Below are positions 39,499-49,543 of a stretch of 64,000 bases of DNA, one piece after another. The stretch is from assembly GCA_963737265.1 (NCBI GenBank), contig CAVTRY010000013.1:160001-224000 (forward strand). The letters are read 5' to 3'. How positions within the stretch are numbered: the first letter of the stretch is position 1; each line of letters starts with the position of its first letter. Below the pieces are notes generated by a model. That model ran no database searches, was not told the origin of the DNA, and worked only from the letters and a program-made list of their open reading frames with translations. The position numbers were made by a program, and so were the translations under genes. The stretch is from an uncultured delta proteobacterium (GTDB lineage: Bacteria; Myxococcota_A; Polyangia; Fen-1088).

Positions 39499-41865
39499 TC
39501 AGTCATCTCGGCGTTTCCTTCCACTGTCCGGCAAGGAAAATGCGCCGAGCACGAGCAGGCAGATCGCGCTGAGGACGCCGCCGGCGGCGAGGCCGGGCGT
39601 GTGGTACTCGAGCACGATGCGGTGGCTGCCGGGTTCGAGGGGCAGGGCGCGCATGATGAGATTGGCGCGCAAGATGGGCGTGGCCTGGCCGTCCACGGTG
39701 GCGCGCCAGCCGCGATCATATTGCTCGACGAAAACCGCGACGCCGCGATCGCGAGCGGTGCAGACGGCGACCAGTTTATTGTTGGCATACGATTCCAGGC
39801 TGCACGTGCCGGCTCGTCCCGGTGCTTGCGCCAGCGCCGGCGGATTGCCCTCGGGTGCGAGCCACGCGCTTTCGCCCGCAATGACCTCGGGCTGGTAAAG
39901 GCGCGCCAGGGCTTGCGCGTCGGCCAGCACCTCGGTGTGGCGGGCCAGAAACACGCGCGGCAAGGCACCCGGCACGTGGTACAGGCGCGCACCGGGCAAG
40001 GGATCGAGGACGGCATCGAGGCCCGGACGATCGTCGGGTGGGGCGGCAGGATTGGCCACGGGCAGGACGGCGTAGTCGGCCGCGAGCAGGCGCAGGGCGC
40101 TTTGTCCGATCTCGAGGCCGGCCTGCCATACGGTGGTCAGCAGCGCCGGGATCGCGGCATCGTAGCCGGGCAGGGTCGCAATGCCCCACACGTTTGCCGT
40201 GTTCGTGATCAGCGTCTGCACCAGTCGGAATTCGCCGTCGCTGTTGGACGAAGCGGGCACGTGCCTGTTCACGGCATCGCCGGTTTGATTGGAGCGATAG
40301 AGGCGAACGGGTGCCGGGTCGCCCGCGTGCTGGGCAAGCATGGCGTGGCCGGCAGCGGGGATGTCGTTGGCAAGCTGGCGGGGCGCGAAGCCTTGCAGCG
40401 GCCAGGCGGCGGCCGCAAGATCGAAAGCAACCACGGCGACCAAAAGCAGCGGTGCCAGCGACGAGCCGCGGGCAGCGAGAGCTTGCACCGCCAGCACCCC
40501 GAGCGTCGCCAGGGCGCCCATGAGCGCGCCGTGAATGGCGAAGAACAGCCAGGGCGCGGGCAGGGTCAAGAACGCGACGGCGGAAAACGCCACGATAAGG
40601 GCAAGCAGCGCCACCGTCCGGCGCCACGGTTGCGGCGCACCGGAAAGAACGCGCTTGGCGCCGAGTCCGGCGAGCAGCGCAGCCACCGCCACCACCAGCA
40701 CCGTGTATTTCTCGGGATAGCGCATGAAGGAAAGGGGAAACACCACGCGACGAAAGACGGCGTGCACGGGCGTGTACTTGCCCAATGCCAGCAGCAGCGC
40801 GAAACCAGCCAAGGCTCCGAGAAGCGTGGCCCGGCGCCGGCCCCGACCGAACGCAGCCATGCCGAGCGCGATCACGCTCGCCCCCATGTACATGCTGTAG
40901 GACAGCGGCAGGCCATCGAGGCGCGATTCGCCCACGATGGCGGCGGCCGGATACTCGCCGTAGGCGTCGCCCATGGACTGCGGAGCCACGAATTCGATCA
41001 GGCGCAACGGGTGAAGCGAACAGGATTCCGCGACGGCGCGGGCGAGCGGCGCGGCCCGTTCACTGCTGCCGATGAGCATGCGCGCCGGCAGGATCACGAC
41101 TGCCCCCACGCCAAAAGCGAGCAAGACGGCGAGAGCGGCGCGCACGAGCCAGCTTGGACGCGCGCGCGCGCGTGACGGATCGGCTCGGCGCTCGATCGCG
41201 TGCAGCACGATCGCGAAGATGACGCCGAACCCGGCACCGATCAGGGCGAGAAAGAGCTCGCCGAGGAGCACGGCAAACACGCTGGGCAGCGCGGCCTTGA
41301 CCACGCCCCGGTACCAAGCTTTTCCGCCCGCGCGCAAACTATCGAGCAAGGCGACCTGGCCGACCGCGGCCCACGGCACCCAGGCGTCGGCGAACAGCAG
41401 TAGGCCCGAGGTCCACTGCGCGGTGGTATAGCCCGATAGCGCCCAGGCCAAGCCCGCGACAATGATTGCCTTCCCCGAGGCGCCGAGGCGCCGCGCCAGC
41501 CAGCACACGCCCACCGTGCCCCACGCCATGTGCAGGAAGCACTGCCAGTTGAGCAAGCTGGCCACGCCATCGCGGCCGACCAGCAGGAAAAGCCAGTTGG
41601 GCGGATAAAACACGCCGTACAGCGGATCGCCGAACACGGGAAAGCCAAGCCCTTGGTAGGGATTCCAGCCGGGAAGCTCGCCGCGCAAAAGGGAGTCGCG
41701 CAGAAACGCGCGGGCCGGGAAGCTCCAGTGCGCGATGTCGCGAAAGAAGATGATCTTGCCGACGAACAGAGGTACATAGGCCGCGCACAGAATGCCCAGC
41801 GTCCACAGCAAGGGCCGCAGCAGGGATTGCGTCTGGTTGTCGTCTGGGGGGGCTGGTTCGGACAC
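39499..41865 (-). CDS. YfhO-family polytopic membrane protein (GT-C-like)
   Basis: 'FFRD...P', 'GELPGWNPY..LGFP...DP', many TMs, C-terminal 'GWRATVDG...RAN...L.PG.H.I.L.Y'. Confidence 0.85.
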   Translation of the reverse strand: MSEPAPPDDNQTQSLLRPLLWTLGILCAAYVPLFVGKIIFFRDIAHWSFPARAFLRDSLLRGELPGWNPYQGLGFPVFGDPLYGVFYPPNWLFLLVGRDGVASLLNWQCFLHMAWGTVGVCWLARRLGASGKAIIVAGLAWALSGYTTAQWTSGLLLFADAWVPWAAVGQVALLDSLRAGGKAWYRGVVKAALPSVFAVLLGELFLALIGAGFGVIFAIVLHAIERRADPSRARARPSWLVRAALAVLLAFGVGAVVILPARMLIGSSERAAPLARAVAESCSLHPLRLIEFVAPQSMGDAYGEYPAAAIVGESRLDGLPLSYSMYMGASVIALGMAAFGRGRRRATLLGALAGFALLLALGKYTPVHAVFRRVVFPLSFMRYPEKYTVLVVAVAALLAGLGAKRVLSGAPQPWRRTVALLALIVAFSAVAFLTLPAPWLFFAIHGALMGALATLGVLAVQALAARGSSLAPLLLVAVVAFDLAAAAWPLQGFAPRQLANDIPAAGHAMLAQHAGDPAPVRLYRSNQTGDAVNRHVPASSNSDGEFRLVQTLITNTANVWGIATLPGYDAAIPALLTTVWQAGLEIGQSALRLLAADYAVLPVANPAAPPDDRPGLDAVLDPLPGARLYHVPGALPRVFLARHTEVLADAQALARLYQPEVIAGESAWLAPEGNPPALAQAPGRAGTCSLESYANNKLVAVCTARDRGVAVFVEQYDRGWRATVDGQATPILRANLIMRALPLEPGSHRIVLEYHTPGLAAGGVLSAICLLVLGAFSLPDSGRKRRDD

Positions 41866-41938
41866 GCTGACAGCAGGATATCAGGTGGCGGCGCTCGCCA
41901 GAGGACAGATCCCGACGCAGCGCCCGGACGAAACGGAC

Positions 41939-42109
41939 TAACCACAGAGGCACGGAGAGCACGGAGACGGACGAGAGGGATCGGGTTCCGGATCTCAAGA
42001 GGTGTGTATCAATCGCGGACGGAGCCCTGACGGGACGATGGATGGACACGTCTTCAGCCCCCAAATCCTTTCTTAGCGGGCTCTGTGTGCTCCGTGCTCT
42101 CTGTGGTTA
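41939..42109. repeat. Inverted pair of ACCACAGAG..CACGGAG intergenic repeats (REP/MITE-like)
   Basis: TAACCACAGAGGCACGGAGAGCACGGAG (41939-41966) and, inverted, TAACCACAGAGAGCACGGAGCACACAGAG (42109-42081). Confidence 0.65.
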
Positions 42110-43228
42110 AGTTCCCTTGCTGTTCCCGAGCATTTCTCCACCTTGCTGTGTGCCCGCCAAGGTTCCGCAGGCGGCGCAGATATCGCGGCCGCCAGCGTAG
42201 CGGCGCGTGAGGGGGATGGAAAAGCGCGAGAGCTCGTCGCGGAAATCCTGTACCTCGGCGTCGGCGGGCGGTTGAAATTGGCGGGTGGGATCGTTGACGT
42301 CGATGAGATTGATCTTCACGCGAATGCCCGCGAAAAGCAGGCCGAGGTCGTGCGCTTGCTGGCGGCTCATGTTCACGCCGGACACCGCCACGTAGGCCAG
42401 CGTGACTCGGCTCTTGCTGGCGTCGGCGTAAGCGCGAATGGCTGGCACCAGTTCGGCGAGGGGCCAGGATTTCTCGATGGGCATGAGCGGCAGGCGCACT
42501 TCCCGGGTGGGCGCGGCCAGCGAGACGATGAGGCGAAAGCGGGTATTTTCGGCCGCGAAACGCCGGATGGCGGGTACGACGCCGGCGGTGGAGATGGAAA
42601 TGGCGTCGGCGGAAATCGCCATGCCCGCGGGATGGGAAAGGACGCGCGCCGTGCTCATCACGTTGTCGTAGTTGAGCAGCGGTTCGCCCATGCCGAGAAA
42701 AAGGATGCCGCTGATGGGATGGTCGGCTTCGCCGGCGATGGCGTGAACCTGCGCCAGCATCTCCCAGGTGGCGAGGTTGCGCGCAAAGCCGAGCTTGCCG
42801 GTGGCGCAGAAGGCGCAGGCGAGGGCGCAACCGACCTGCGAGCTGATGCACAGGGTGTACTTGGCCGTGGGCAGCGCGACGAGGCCGTCTACTTCGCCCC
42901 GCCGCCGCTTTTCCTTCAGCTCGCGCGCATGGGCGGGATCGGGCAGGGGAATACGCACCGCCTCGATGGCGGCGCCGTCGGGCAGGCGGAAGAGGTACTT
43001 CACGAATCCGTCGGCGGCGCGCCGACGCTCGACGACCTCGATGTCGGGGAACGCGCAATCACGCGCCAGCGCCCGGCGCGTTTCAGCCGGCAGCTGCTCC
43101 AGCTCGTCCAGGCTGGTGGCCCACTGTGCGTGTACGCGCGCAAACACCTTGCGCGCCAAGCGCTCGCCCACGCCGTAGTCGGCCAGGACGGCGCTCATCG
43201 CCGACCAGTCGAGGTCGCGGGGAAGCAA
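42107..43228 (-). CDS. rlmN: RlmN/Cfr-family radical SAM RNA methyltransferase
   Basis: 'CISSQVGCALACAFCATG', 'GMGEPLLN', 'ISTAG', 'DICAACG'. May be a divergent paralog. Confidence 0.8.
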   Translation of the reverse strand: MLPRDLDWSAMSAVLADYGVGERLARKVFARVHAQWATSLDELEQLPAETRRALARDCAFPDIEVVERRRAADGFVKYLFRLPDGAAIEAVRIPLPDPAHARELKEKRRRGEVDGLVALPTAKYTLCISSQVGCALACAFCATGKLGFARNLATWEMLAQVHAIAGEADHPISGILFLGMGEPLLNYDNVMSTARVLSHPAGMAISADAISISTAGVVPAIRRFAAENTRFRLIVSLAAPTREVRLPLMPIEKSWPLAELVPAIRAYADASKSRVTLAYVAVSGVNMSRQQAHDLGLLFAGIRVKINLIDVNDPTRQFQPPADAEVQDFRDELSRFSIPLTRRYAGGRDICAACGTLAGTQQGGEMLGNSKGT

Positions 43229-43240
43229 CGGGCTAGCCAG

Positions 43241-44551
43241 CTAGCGCCCGCTTCCCTCGCGGTCGCGCGAGTGCAGCAGGTCGAGCGGTGGCGCTTCGTT
43301 TTCCACCACGTAGCCGAACTCGCGCTTGAACTCCTCGGCGGATTTCTTGGGCGTGCATACCGAGCCGAACTTGGCGAGAATGGCGGGCTCGACGAAGTCG
43401 TCGCGGCGCAAGCGGATCATGTAGCGGCGGGCGATGGCGTAGCGGGTGGACTTGATGTCGACCATGCGCACGCGGGTGCGGCCGGTCTGCGGATCGAGGA
43501 GCTGGGCGAAGGGGATGGGCACGAAGTTCCCCGCCTGCAGCGACACCATGGCCGCATTGCCGCCCGAGAACAGAAACTTGGCGGCGCAGTAGCCGAGGTC
43601 GCGCGTGTATTCCATGTCGTAGGGAACCGGATCCGCGCAGCGCAGCTCGTAGCCGATGTCCTTCGACACCACGGTGACCTTGGGCACGCCGAGGTCGCGC
43701 AGGCGCGTGTTGACCGCTTTCTTCAAGCCGTCGCCCAGGTTCAGCTCGGAAATGCGGATGTGGCCGTGCTCGTCGTATTCGATGTTGCCCAGGCGCTTGA
43801 TGTCGTCGTCGGGCAGGCCTTCCGCCAAGCCCTCGGCCAGCACCGCCACGCCGTAGCGTCGCCCCTCGGCCAGGCGCTTGATGATGGCGCCGGCCAGGAT
43901 GTCGACGAGGATGCGCAGGGTCGGTTTGTTGCGCGGAAACTCCTCGGGGATCACGGTCAAGGTCGCGCCCGCCGCCTTGCCGATGCCGAGCGCCAGGTGT
44001 CCCGCCTTGCGGCCCATCGCCACCACGAAGTACCAGCGCGACGTGGTCTTGGCGTCGACCATCAGGTTCTTGACCAGCTCCACGCCGAGGTGGCGGGCGG
44101 TGTTGTAGCCGAACGAATCCACCGACGGGTCGAGGTCGAGGTCGTTATCGATGGTCTTGGGCACGTGCACCACGCGCAGCTTGCCGGCGGCCTTTTCCGA
44201 AACTTTCATGGCGGAATACGCCGTGTCGTCGCCGCCGATGGTGATGAGCTGGGTGACGCCCAAGCGGTGCAGCGATTCGATCACCGTGACCAAGTCCTCG
44301 TCGCGGTTGGTCGGGTTGGCGCGCGAGCTGCCGAGCAGCGATCCGCCGCTGAAGTGGATGCGGCTGACGTCGCCGAGCTGCAACGGGCGGATGTCTTCCA
44401 GTCTCCCCTTCATCAGGCGGTCGAAGCCGTCGCGAATGCCGAGCACTTCCACGCCCTGCAAGAGCGCCCGAATCGTCGCCGCGCTGATCACGCTGTTGAT
44501 GCCAGGCGCGGGGCCGCCGCCGACCAAAATGCCGAGTTTCTCTTTTGGCAC
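43241..44551 (-). CDS. pfp: Pyrophosphate-dependent 6-phosphofructokinase
   Basis: 'GGGPAPG', 'GGDDT' (Asp diagnostic for PPi use), 'PKTIDND', 'MGR', 'GYELRCADP'. Confidence 0.92.
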   Translation of the reverse strand: MPKEKLGILVGGGPAPGINSVISAATIRALLQGVEVLGIRDGFDRLMKGRLEDIRPLQLGDVSRIHFSGGSLLGSSRANPTNRDEDLVTVIESLHRLGVTQLITIGGDDTAYSAMKVSEKAAGKLRVVHVPKTIDNDLDLDPSVDSFGYNTARHLGVELVKNLMVDAKTTSRWYFVVAMGRKAGHLALGIGKAAGATLTVIPEEFPRNKPTLRILVDILAGAIIKRLAEGRRYGVAVLAEGLAEGLPDDDIKRLGNIEYDEHGHIRISELNLGDGLKKAVNTRLRDLGVPKVTVVSKDIGYELRCADPVPYDMEYTRDLGYCAAKFLFSGGNAAMVSLQAGNFVPIPFAQLLDPQTGRTRVRMVDIKSTRYAIARRYMIRLRRDDFVEPAILAKFGSVCTPKKSAEEFKREFGYVVENEAPPLDLLHSRDREGSGR

Positions 44552-44632
44552 GATCTACGTCTCCTTCACTTCTGCTTCCCTAGCGGCAAGCGGTGGCGGA
44601 AGTTAGCACAAGGTTCCGCCTCGTGGGCAACC

Positions 44633-45289
44633 TCACCAGTCGCTTCGCATGGGCGGCTTCTTCTTGTCCGCGGGCGCCTTGGCGGGTGCCGGCACGGTTT
44701 CGGCCAGGGTGCGCAGTTGCCGTTCGATCTGATCGCGCACGCGTGCGACGGTCTCGACCGCTAGCTGCCTGCGCAAGATGTCGGGTGCCGTCTCGGCACG
44801 GGTCAGCCCGAGGCCGATCGCCGCGTCCAGCCGGACCTCGGCGTCTTCGTTGTCGAACAGTCGAGCGAGCTGCTCGGGAGCATTCACCGCGCCCGGGACC
44901 CAGCCCAGCGCGACGGCGGCCCGGCGCACGAGCAGCCGATCCACCGCATTCGTGGCTTTTGCGTACTTCTCCACCAGCTTGCCCAGGAATTCCACGACCT
45001 CGGGCGAGGGCAGAAGTCGCAGGGCAGCGACGGCGCGCGCGCGCGTCAGCCCCTCGGCGCGCGGGTCGAGGGCAATGGCCATGAGCGACTTCTCGGGCAC
45101 GGTCTCGATGGCGTGTAAGTCCGCCGCGGTCGCCACGTCATGAGCGGCCAGGTAAGTCTCAATCTTCGACCGCGCCGTCGTCTTTTGCACGCTCGGCACG
45201 CGTGGCCCGCCCGCGTCGGGCGCGGATGCGGACGCATGATGTCCGAAAGCAAGCGCGGCAGTGAAGATGGCAAGACAAGTCAGCTGCAC
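44633..45289 (-). CDS. Secreted HEAT-repeat protein
   Basis: Signal peptide, 'RARAVAAL', 'VRRAAVALG', 'EVRLDAAIGLG'. Confidence 0.75.
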   Translation of the reverse strand: MQLTCLAIFTAALAFGHHASASAPDAGGPRVPSVQKTTARSKIETYLAAHDVATAADLHAIETVPEKSLMAIALDPRAEGLTRARAVAALRLLPSPEVVEFLGKLVEKYAKATNAVDRLLVRRAAVALGWVPGAVNAPEQLARLFDNEDAEVRLDAAIGLGLTRAETAPDILRRQLAVETVARVRDQIERQLRTLAETVPAPAKAPADKKKPPMRSDW

Positions 45290-45362
45290 AACGAGACGCT
45301 AGCACAGGCGTTAGGATATAGTCGCACCAACCGGCGCTATCCGAATCATTGGGAGGTTTTCC

Positions 45363-46298
45363 ATGCATCGTCGCTCGCGCATCCTTCAACTGCTGTGCAT
45401 CACCGTTCTTGGATTCACCACGACGGCGCTGGCGCAGGAAATGTCCATGCCTCCGGCGGATTCCGCAGGCGCCACACCGGCGGCCGCTCCCGCGCCTGGC
45501 CTCGATAGCGGCGCCGTGCCGGCCGGCCAGGAAGCCGTCGCGACCGCGGCAACCGCCGAAACGGCGACGACCTTCGCTCGCTACGGGCTCGCGGTACGCG
45601 CGCGCTGGATTTCGGTGCCGAGTTGGCTGCTTGGCGCGTTCACCCAGAAGAATGTTCCGCTCTCGACCTACGGCTACGCCCTCGAAGGCTACCGTCGCAA
45701 GCGCGACAAGGACGACCATAACCGGACATGGGAGGTTTCCGTCGCCATCGGCTACCAAAACATGAGCCCGCCCGATGGTTATTGGCTGGGCACGGGCAAG
45801 GACATCACCAAGGATACGGATCTGGTCCAGTTTAAGAATTTCTCTCTCATCACCATGGATGCGGCTTTCATCTCGCGCCAGTACTTCAGCCCGTACTTCG
45901 GCATCCACTACGGCGCCGGCTTGGGGTTGGGCGTGGTGCGGGGAAAGGTGCTGCGCACGTCGGCCGAGTGCGACCCAACCACCGGGCAGTGCAAGATCGT
46001 CTTGAACCAGACGAGTCCGAAGACTGGCCAGCTCATAGTCTGCGGCGGCGCCGGACAGCTGGCGTGCATTGAAACCGACCTTTCCAACAGCGAAGGCAGC
46101 TACGACACCGGGCCGATCTCAAACGGCGGGCAACCCCATCGTTTCCAGGAAACCTCCATCCCCGGCGCGGTCCCCATCATCAATCTTTTCTTCGGCCTGG
46201 ATTTTCCCGTTCCCGATGCCAAGGGGCTCGAGTTCCGCATCGACGCCGGTTTCTACGACGCCTTCTTCGTCGGCGGCAGTGCCGGCTACTTGTTCTAG
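45363..46298 (+). CDS. Hypothetical outer-membrane beta-barrel protein
   Basis: RBS GGAGG, signal peptide, 'YGAGLGLG', C-terminal 'GYLF'. Confidence 0.75.
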   Translation: MHRRSRILQLLCITVLGFTTTALAQEMSMPPADSAGATPAAAPAPGLDSGAVPAGQEAVATAATAETATTFARYGLAVRARWISVPSWLLGAFTQKNVPLSTYGYALEGYRRKRDKDDHNRTWEVSVAIGYQNMSPPDGYWLGTGKDITKDTDLVQFKNFSLITMDAAFISRQYFSPYFGIHYGAGLGLGVVRGKVLRTSAECDPTTGQCKIVLNQTSPKTGQLIVCGGAGQLACIETDLSNSEGSYDTGPISNGGQPHRFQETSIPGAVPIINLFFGLDFPVPDAKGLEFRIDAGFYDAFFVGGSAGYLF

Positions 46299-48151
46299 TT
46301 CTTCCGCTTCATCGCCGGCGCATCGCCGACCGTGGAGCGAACCAGCACGCGGCTCTTGCCGCGCAACACGTCGAGCGACAGTGCCGAGCCAGGATTGGCC
46401 GAAGCGATGAACGGGCGCAGCTCGTTCGCGCGCGAAAATAGTCGGCCGGGCACGCCGAGGACAATGTCGCCCGGCCGCAGGCCTGCCGCGGCCGCTGGCG
46501 TGCGTGGCGCGACCGACGTGATCTGTGCGGCACCGTCGGCCAAGCCCAGGCTGCCGCGACGGCCTGGGCCGAGCGGGATGAAGGTGATTCCAAGCCAACC
46601 CGGCTTGACCATGCCGGCGCGCCGCTGATCCTCGGCGAGAGGCGGGAAGGAAACCTTGGCCGGCTCTGCCATGCGCGGTGGGGTGGGCGGAACTGGCAAG
46701 GCCAAGTCTTCGCAGCGGGTGAGCGCCTCGACCGCCTTGGCTAGGCTCGCGTGCTTCTCGATCCAAACCCGGCCGGCGATCGACGTGAACACGAAGCGCA
46801 TGCGCAGCAGCGCGGCCAAGCGGATCTCGGTGCGATAGCTGATCTCGTCGGTCGTAGAGAGCGCCGCGACCAAACGGTTGGCCTCGGCCAGGCGTGCGGG
46901 CTGCGACTCGACCGTCGGTGCCAGCTCGGCGAGCAAGGACAGCATGAGCTCGCGCAACGCCTTGCCGTCGAGCCGGCGCAGGTTGCGTTCGTCGAGCCGC
47001 GTGCGCCAGCCCGGCCGACTGGCCAGGAACGTGTCCAGGTTGGCCTGGTTGAAATCGCCGAGCGCGCCTTCCCAGGTCTTTCCGCGCGCATCCAGCTCGT
47101 CGAGAAACGCCATGAGCTCGCTCTCGCGCTGGTCGAGCTCGACCAGCGTGGCCGGACGCGGAGTGTTGTAAGCGACCGCAATCTGATCGATGAGCCGGCT
47201 GTCGTCGCGAAAGGCGCCGCTGGCCAGGGCCTTCCGGACCAAGTCGTCGGTGAAAGCAGACTCGCGCCCGGGCGATCCGGCAGCACGCGCCAGCAACTCG
47301 GCCAAATAGACGTCCGAGCTGCGCAAGGGAATGTCAGGGGTTTCGTCGCTGATCATCACCTCGGCGTGGGCCGCGGAAAAACGCCCGCGCCGGGCCAGCG
47401 CCGACAAGAATTCGAACGAATGTCCGATGCCCTTCTGCCCGCGCACCTCGGGATAGCAACCGTAGGCGGGACGGTCGGGCGTGGACGAAAAATAGCCGCA
47501 GGTCGCCCCGGTGGGAAAGGGCCGGTGTTCGCGCGCCTCGTGCAGATAGGCAAAACCGCCAGAAAAACACTGAGACATGAGCGACACCACGCGCACCGAG
47601 GGCGGCAAGGTCGCCAACAGAGCGCCCAGCTTGCGTGCCGAAACGGATTCGTGCTCGCCCCACAAGCTGATGCGATTGTCGAGCGGATCGCGGCGGCTCT
47701 GGCTGCCGTGATCGGTGACGTAGACGAGCAGGGTGTCGCCCGGGCGCAGGCGCGCGCGCAGCTCGGCCACGGCACGCGACAAGCTGGCCAGCGTGGCTGG
47801 ACGCAGATCGATGCCGGGCAGGACCGAATTTTCGTAGATCGCGGCGTCGCGCAGCAGCGGATCGATGCGCGTTCCTTGCAGCAGCCAGGCGTTCTCGGGT
47901 TCCGTTTCGCGCGTCGCCAGATCCGGCGCGGGATTGTTTCCATCGCTGGCCAGCACCACGAGGTGGTCGCGCGGGACACCGGCCGTCGCCAGGAGAGCGA
48001 CGAGCTGGCGCAGGTGTTCGAGGTGGGAGGCGAAGTTGTCGAGCTTGTCGCCGCCGCCGTTGATGGCGAGCACGTAGAGAGCGCCTGGGGTCGCCGCCCG
48101 CACCGGCGCGGCCAGGTTCAGGAGTGTTGCGATGAGAAGGAGGATCCGCAT
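46295..48151 (-). CDS. Secreted caspase-fold cysteine peptidase (C13/legumain-like) with a C-terminal PDZ domain
   Basis: Start 'MRILLLIA' with signal peptide, His 'YVTDHG', Cys 'SQCFSGGF', PDZ 'WLGI...PAAAAGLRPGDIV'. Confidence 0.8.
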   Translation of the reverse strand: MRILLLIATLLNLAAPVRAATPGALYVLAINGGGDKLDNFASHLEHLRQLVALLATAGVPRDHLVVLASDGNNPAPDLATRETEPENAWLLQGTRIDPLLRDAAIYENSVLPGIDLRPATLASLSRAVAELRARLRPGDTLLVYVTDHGSQSRRDPLDNRISLWGEHESVSARKLGALLATLPPSVRVVSLMSQCFSGGFAYLHEAREHRPFPTGATCGYFSSTPDRPAYGCYPEVRGQKGIGHSFEFLSALARRGRFSAAHAEVMISDETPDIPLRSSDVYLAELLARAAGSPGRESAFTDDLVRKALASGAFRDDSRLIDQIAVAYNTPRPATLVELDQRESELMAFLDELDARGKTWEGALGDFNQANLDTFLASRPGWRTRLDERNLRRLDGKALRELMLSLLAELAPTVESQPARLAEANRLVAALSTTDEISYRTEIRLAALLRMRFVFTSIAGRVWIEKHASLAKAVEALTRCEDLALPVPPTPPRMAEPAKVSFPPLAEDQRRAGMVKPGWLGITFIPLGPGRRGSLGLADGAAQITSVAPRTPAAAAGLRPGDIVLGVPGRLFSRANELRPFIASANPGSALSLDVLRGKSRVLVRSTVGDAPAMKRKN

Positions 48152-48211
48152 GTAAGCCTTGATCAGCGGCCAGCGCAGCTTACCCCATTCCGCTCTTGAA
48201 TCATCGCCTGA

Positions 48212-48800
48212 CGCCGGCTGGACAGCGGACGCGCGCTGGCCGAAATCCAGCAGCTCACCCTGCAAAGCAAGCAGCTCGATATTCAGCACGACGATCTGCT
48301 GCGCGGGATGTTCGGGGCACTGACCACGCTGTCGAAGCTGGCGAAGAACGGCGACCAGGCGCGGAGCTTGCGCAACCAACTTTTCCCGCTGGGATTGAGC
48401 CACAACAACAAGAGTCACTTGGCCGAGGCCGGTCACGCCGCCGCCGTGGCCACCGCCATGACCGACGACCAGCTCACATTCCTGAAGTCGCTGCCATTGG
48501 ACGATTCGACCATGTTCGATCTGCACAACCAGTGGCAGAGCGTCTCCACGCAAATGGGAGCCGTGGAAGAAAAGCGTGCGCTGCTCAAACACCCCTCGAA
48601 GACCTTGGCGGCGCAAACCCAGGCCGCCCGTCGCGAATGGATCCGCTGGACCAAGATCCTCGTGACCACCGCCGAGAACGCCGGGATCGGCCCCGCGGAC
48701 GACGCCCTGCTCTTCGCCCCCTTGCGCGAAGCCATGCAAAAGGCCGACGATCGGTGGAGCAACAGCCCCAAGCCAACACCTCCGGCGCCTGCCCCATCCA
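48212..48800 (+). pseudogene. 5'-truncated helical hypothetical protein
   Basis: Coding-like frame 'ALAEIQQL...DIQHDDLLRGMFGAL...LFPLGLS...ARREWIRW' with an in-frame TGA just upstream and no start codon before ATG 48308. The 3' end runs into the tandem repeat. Confidence 0.5.
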
Positions 48801-48884
48801 GAAGTAACAATGTAGAGGCCGCGAGGCCGGGCCCCAGGGGAGGCGGTCTTTCTTCCCCGCGATTTCAAGGAGATCGCCTCCCCG

Positions 48885-49269
48885 ACGCGGCCTTCCAACG
48901 CGTCGGTCCACGAAAACCCCGTACGACGCAGCCTTGGCGAACGTATACGTCCAGCGAAGCCACGTCCCACGCAGCCTTGGCGAACGTATACGTCCAGCGA
49001 AGCCACGTCCCACGCAGCTCTTTCCAACGCGTCGGTCCACGAAAGCCCCGTACGACGTAGCCTTGGCGAACGTATACGTCCAGCGAAGCCACGTCCCACG
49101 CAGCCTTGGCGAACGTATACGTCCACCGAAGCCACGTCCCACGCAGCTTCTTCCAACGCGGCGATCCACGAAAGCCCCGTACGACGTAGGCTTGGCGAAC
49201 GTATACGTCCAGCGAGGCCCCATTCCACGTAGCTTGGGTCAACGTACACGTTCACCGAAGCCACCTACC
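48885..49269. repeat. Tandem array of nine ~43-bp units arranged as (ABB)x3, a 129-bp higher-order repeat
   Basis: A units start at 48885, 49012, 49141 (ACGCAGCTCTTTCCAACGCGTCGGTCCACGAAAGCCCCGTACG). B units start at 48926, 48969, 49055, 49098, 49184, 49227 (ACGCAGCCTTGGCGAACGTATACGTCCAGCGAAGCCACGTCCC). The first A unit is 41 bp. Confidence 0.95.
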
Positions 49270-49500
49270 ACGTGGCTTCAGTGCGTGCGGCGTTCGCAGC
49301 CCCTCGACCGGTGATATCCAGCTGCCTGGCAGCGTTTTGTTATCGTCTTATCAAGCTTGCGCGCACGCCAATCCGAGGCGCCAGCAGTGGAATGGCAAAC
49401 CTCCCCAAAGTCGAACCCCGCGAAATCACGGGCAGACCGTCTCCGTCCGCGCCTGAAAGCTTGCGAGACGCTCGCAGGAATATTGGGGTACTCTTTGCAG

Positions 49501-49520
49501 GCTAATAGTAAGTTCGACGG
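49501..49520 (+). other. Putative integron attI-like site (start of the cassette array)
   Basis: GCTAATAGTAA-GTTCGACGG. The core GTTCGACGG is the exact reverse complement of CCGTCGAAC, which opens the first attC. No attC hairpin precedes it. Confidence 0.6.
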
Positions 49521-49543
49521 ACTGTGGACAAAGCGAACATTGA

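Noticed and set aside
39463-41175. 570-aa plus-strand ORF
   Set aside because: Antisense shadow of the YfhO-family gene.
42143-44764. 873-aa plus-strand ORF
   Set aside because: Antisense shadow of rlmN-like and pfp, typical of high-GC DNA.
48152-49264. N-terminal 370 aa of the 989-aa minus-strand ORF
   Set aside because: Read-through of the tandem repeat and the antisense of another frame. A signal-peptide start exists at 48151.
48885-49269. CRISPR array
   Set aside because: Units abut with no unique spacers, the A units are near-identical to each other, and there are no cas genes in the window.
49270-49500. intI integrase or a remnant upstream of the array
   Set aside because: No recognisable tyrosine-recombinase motifs in any frame.
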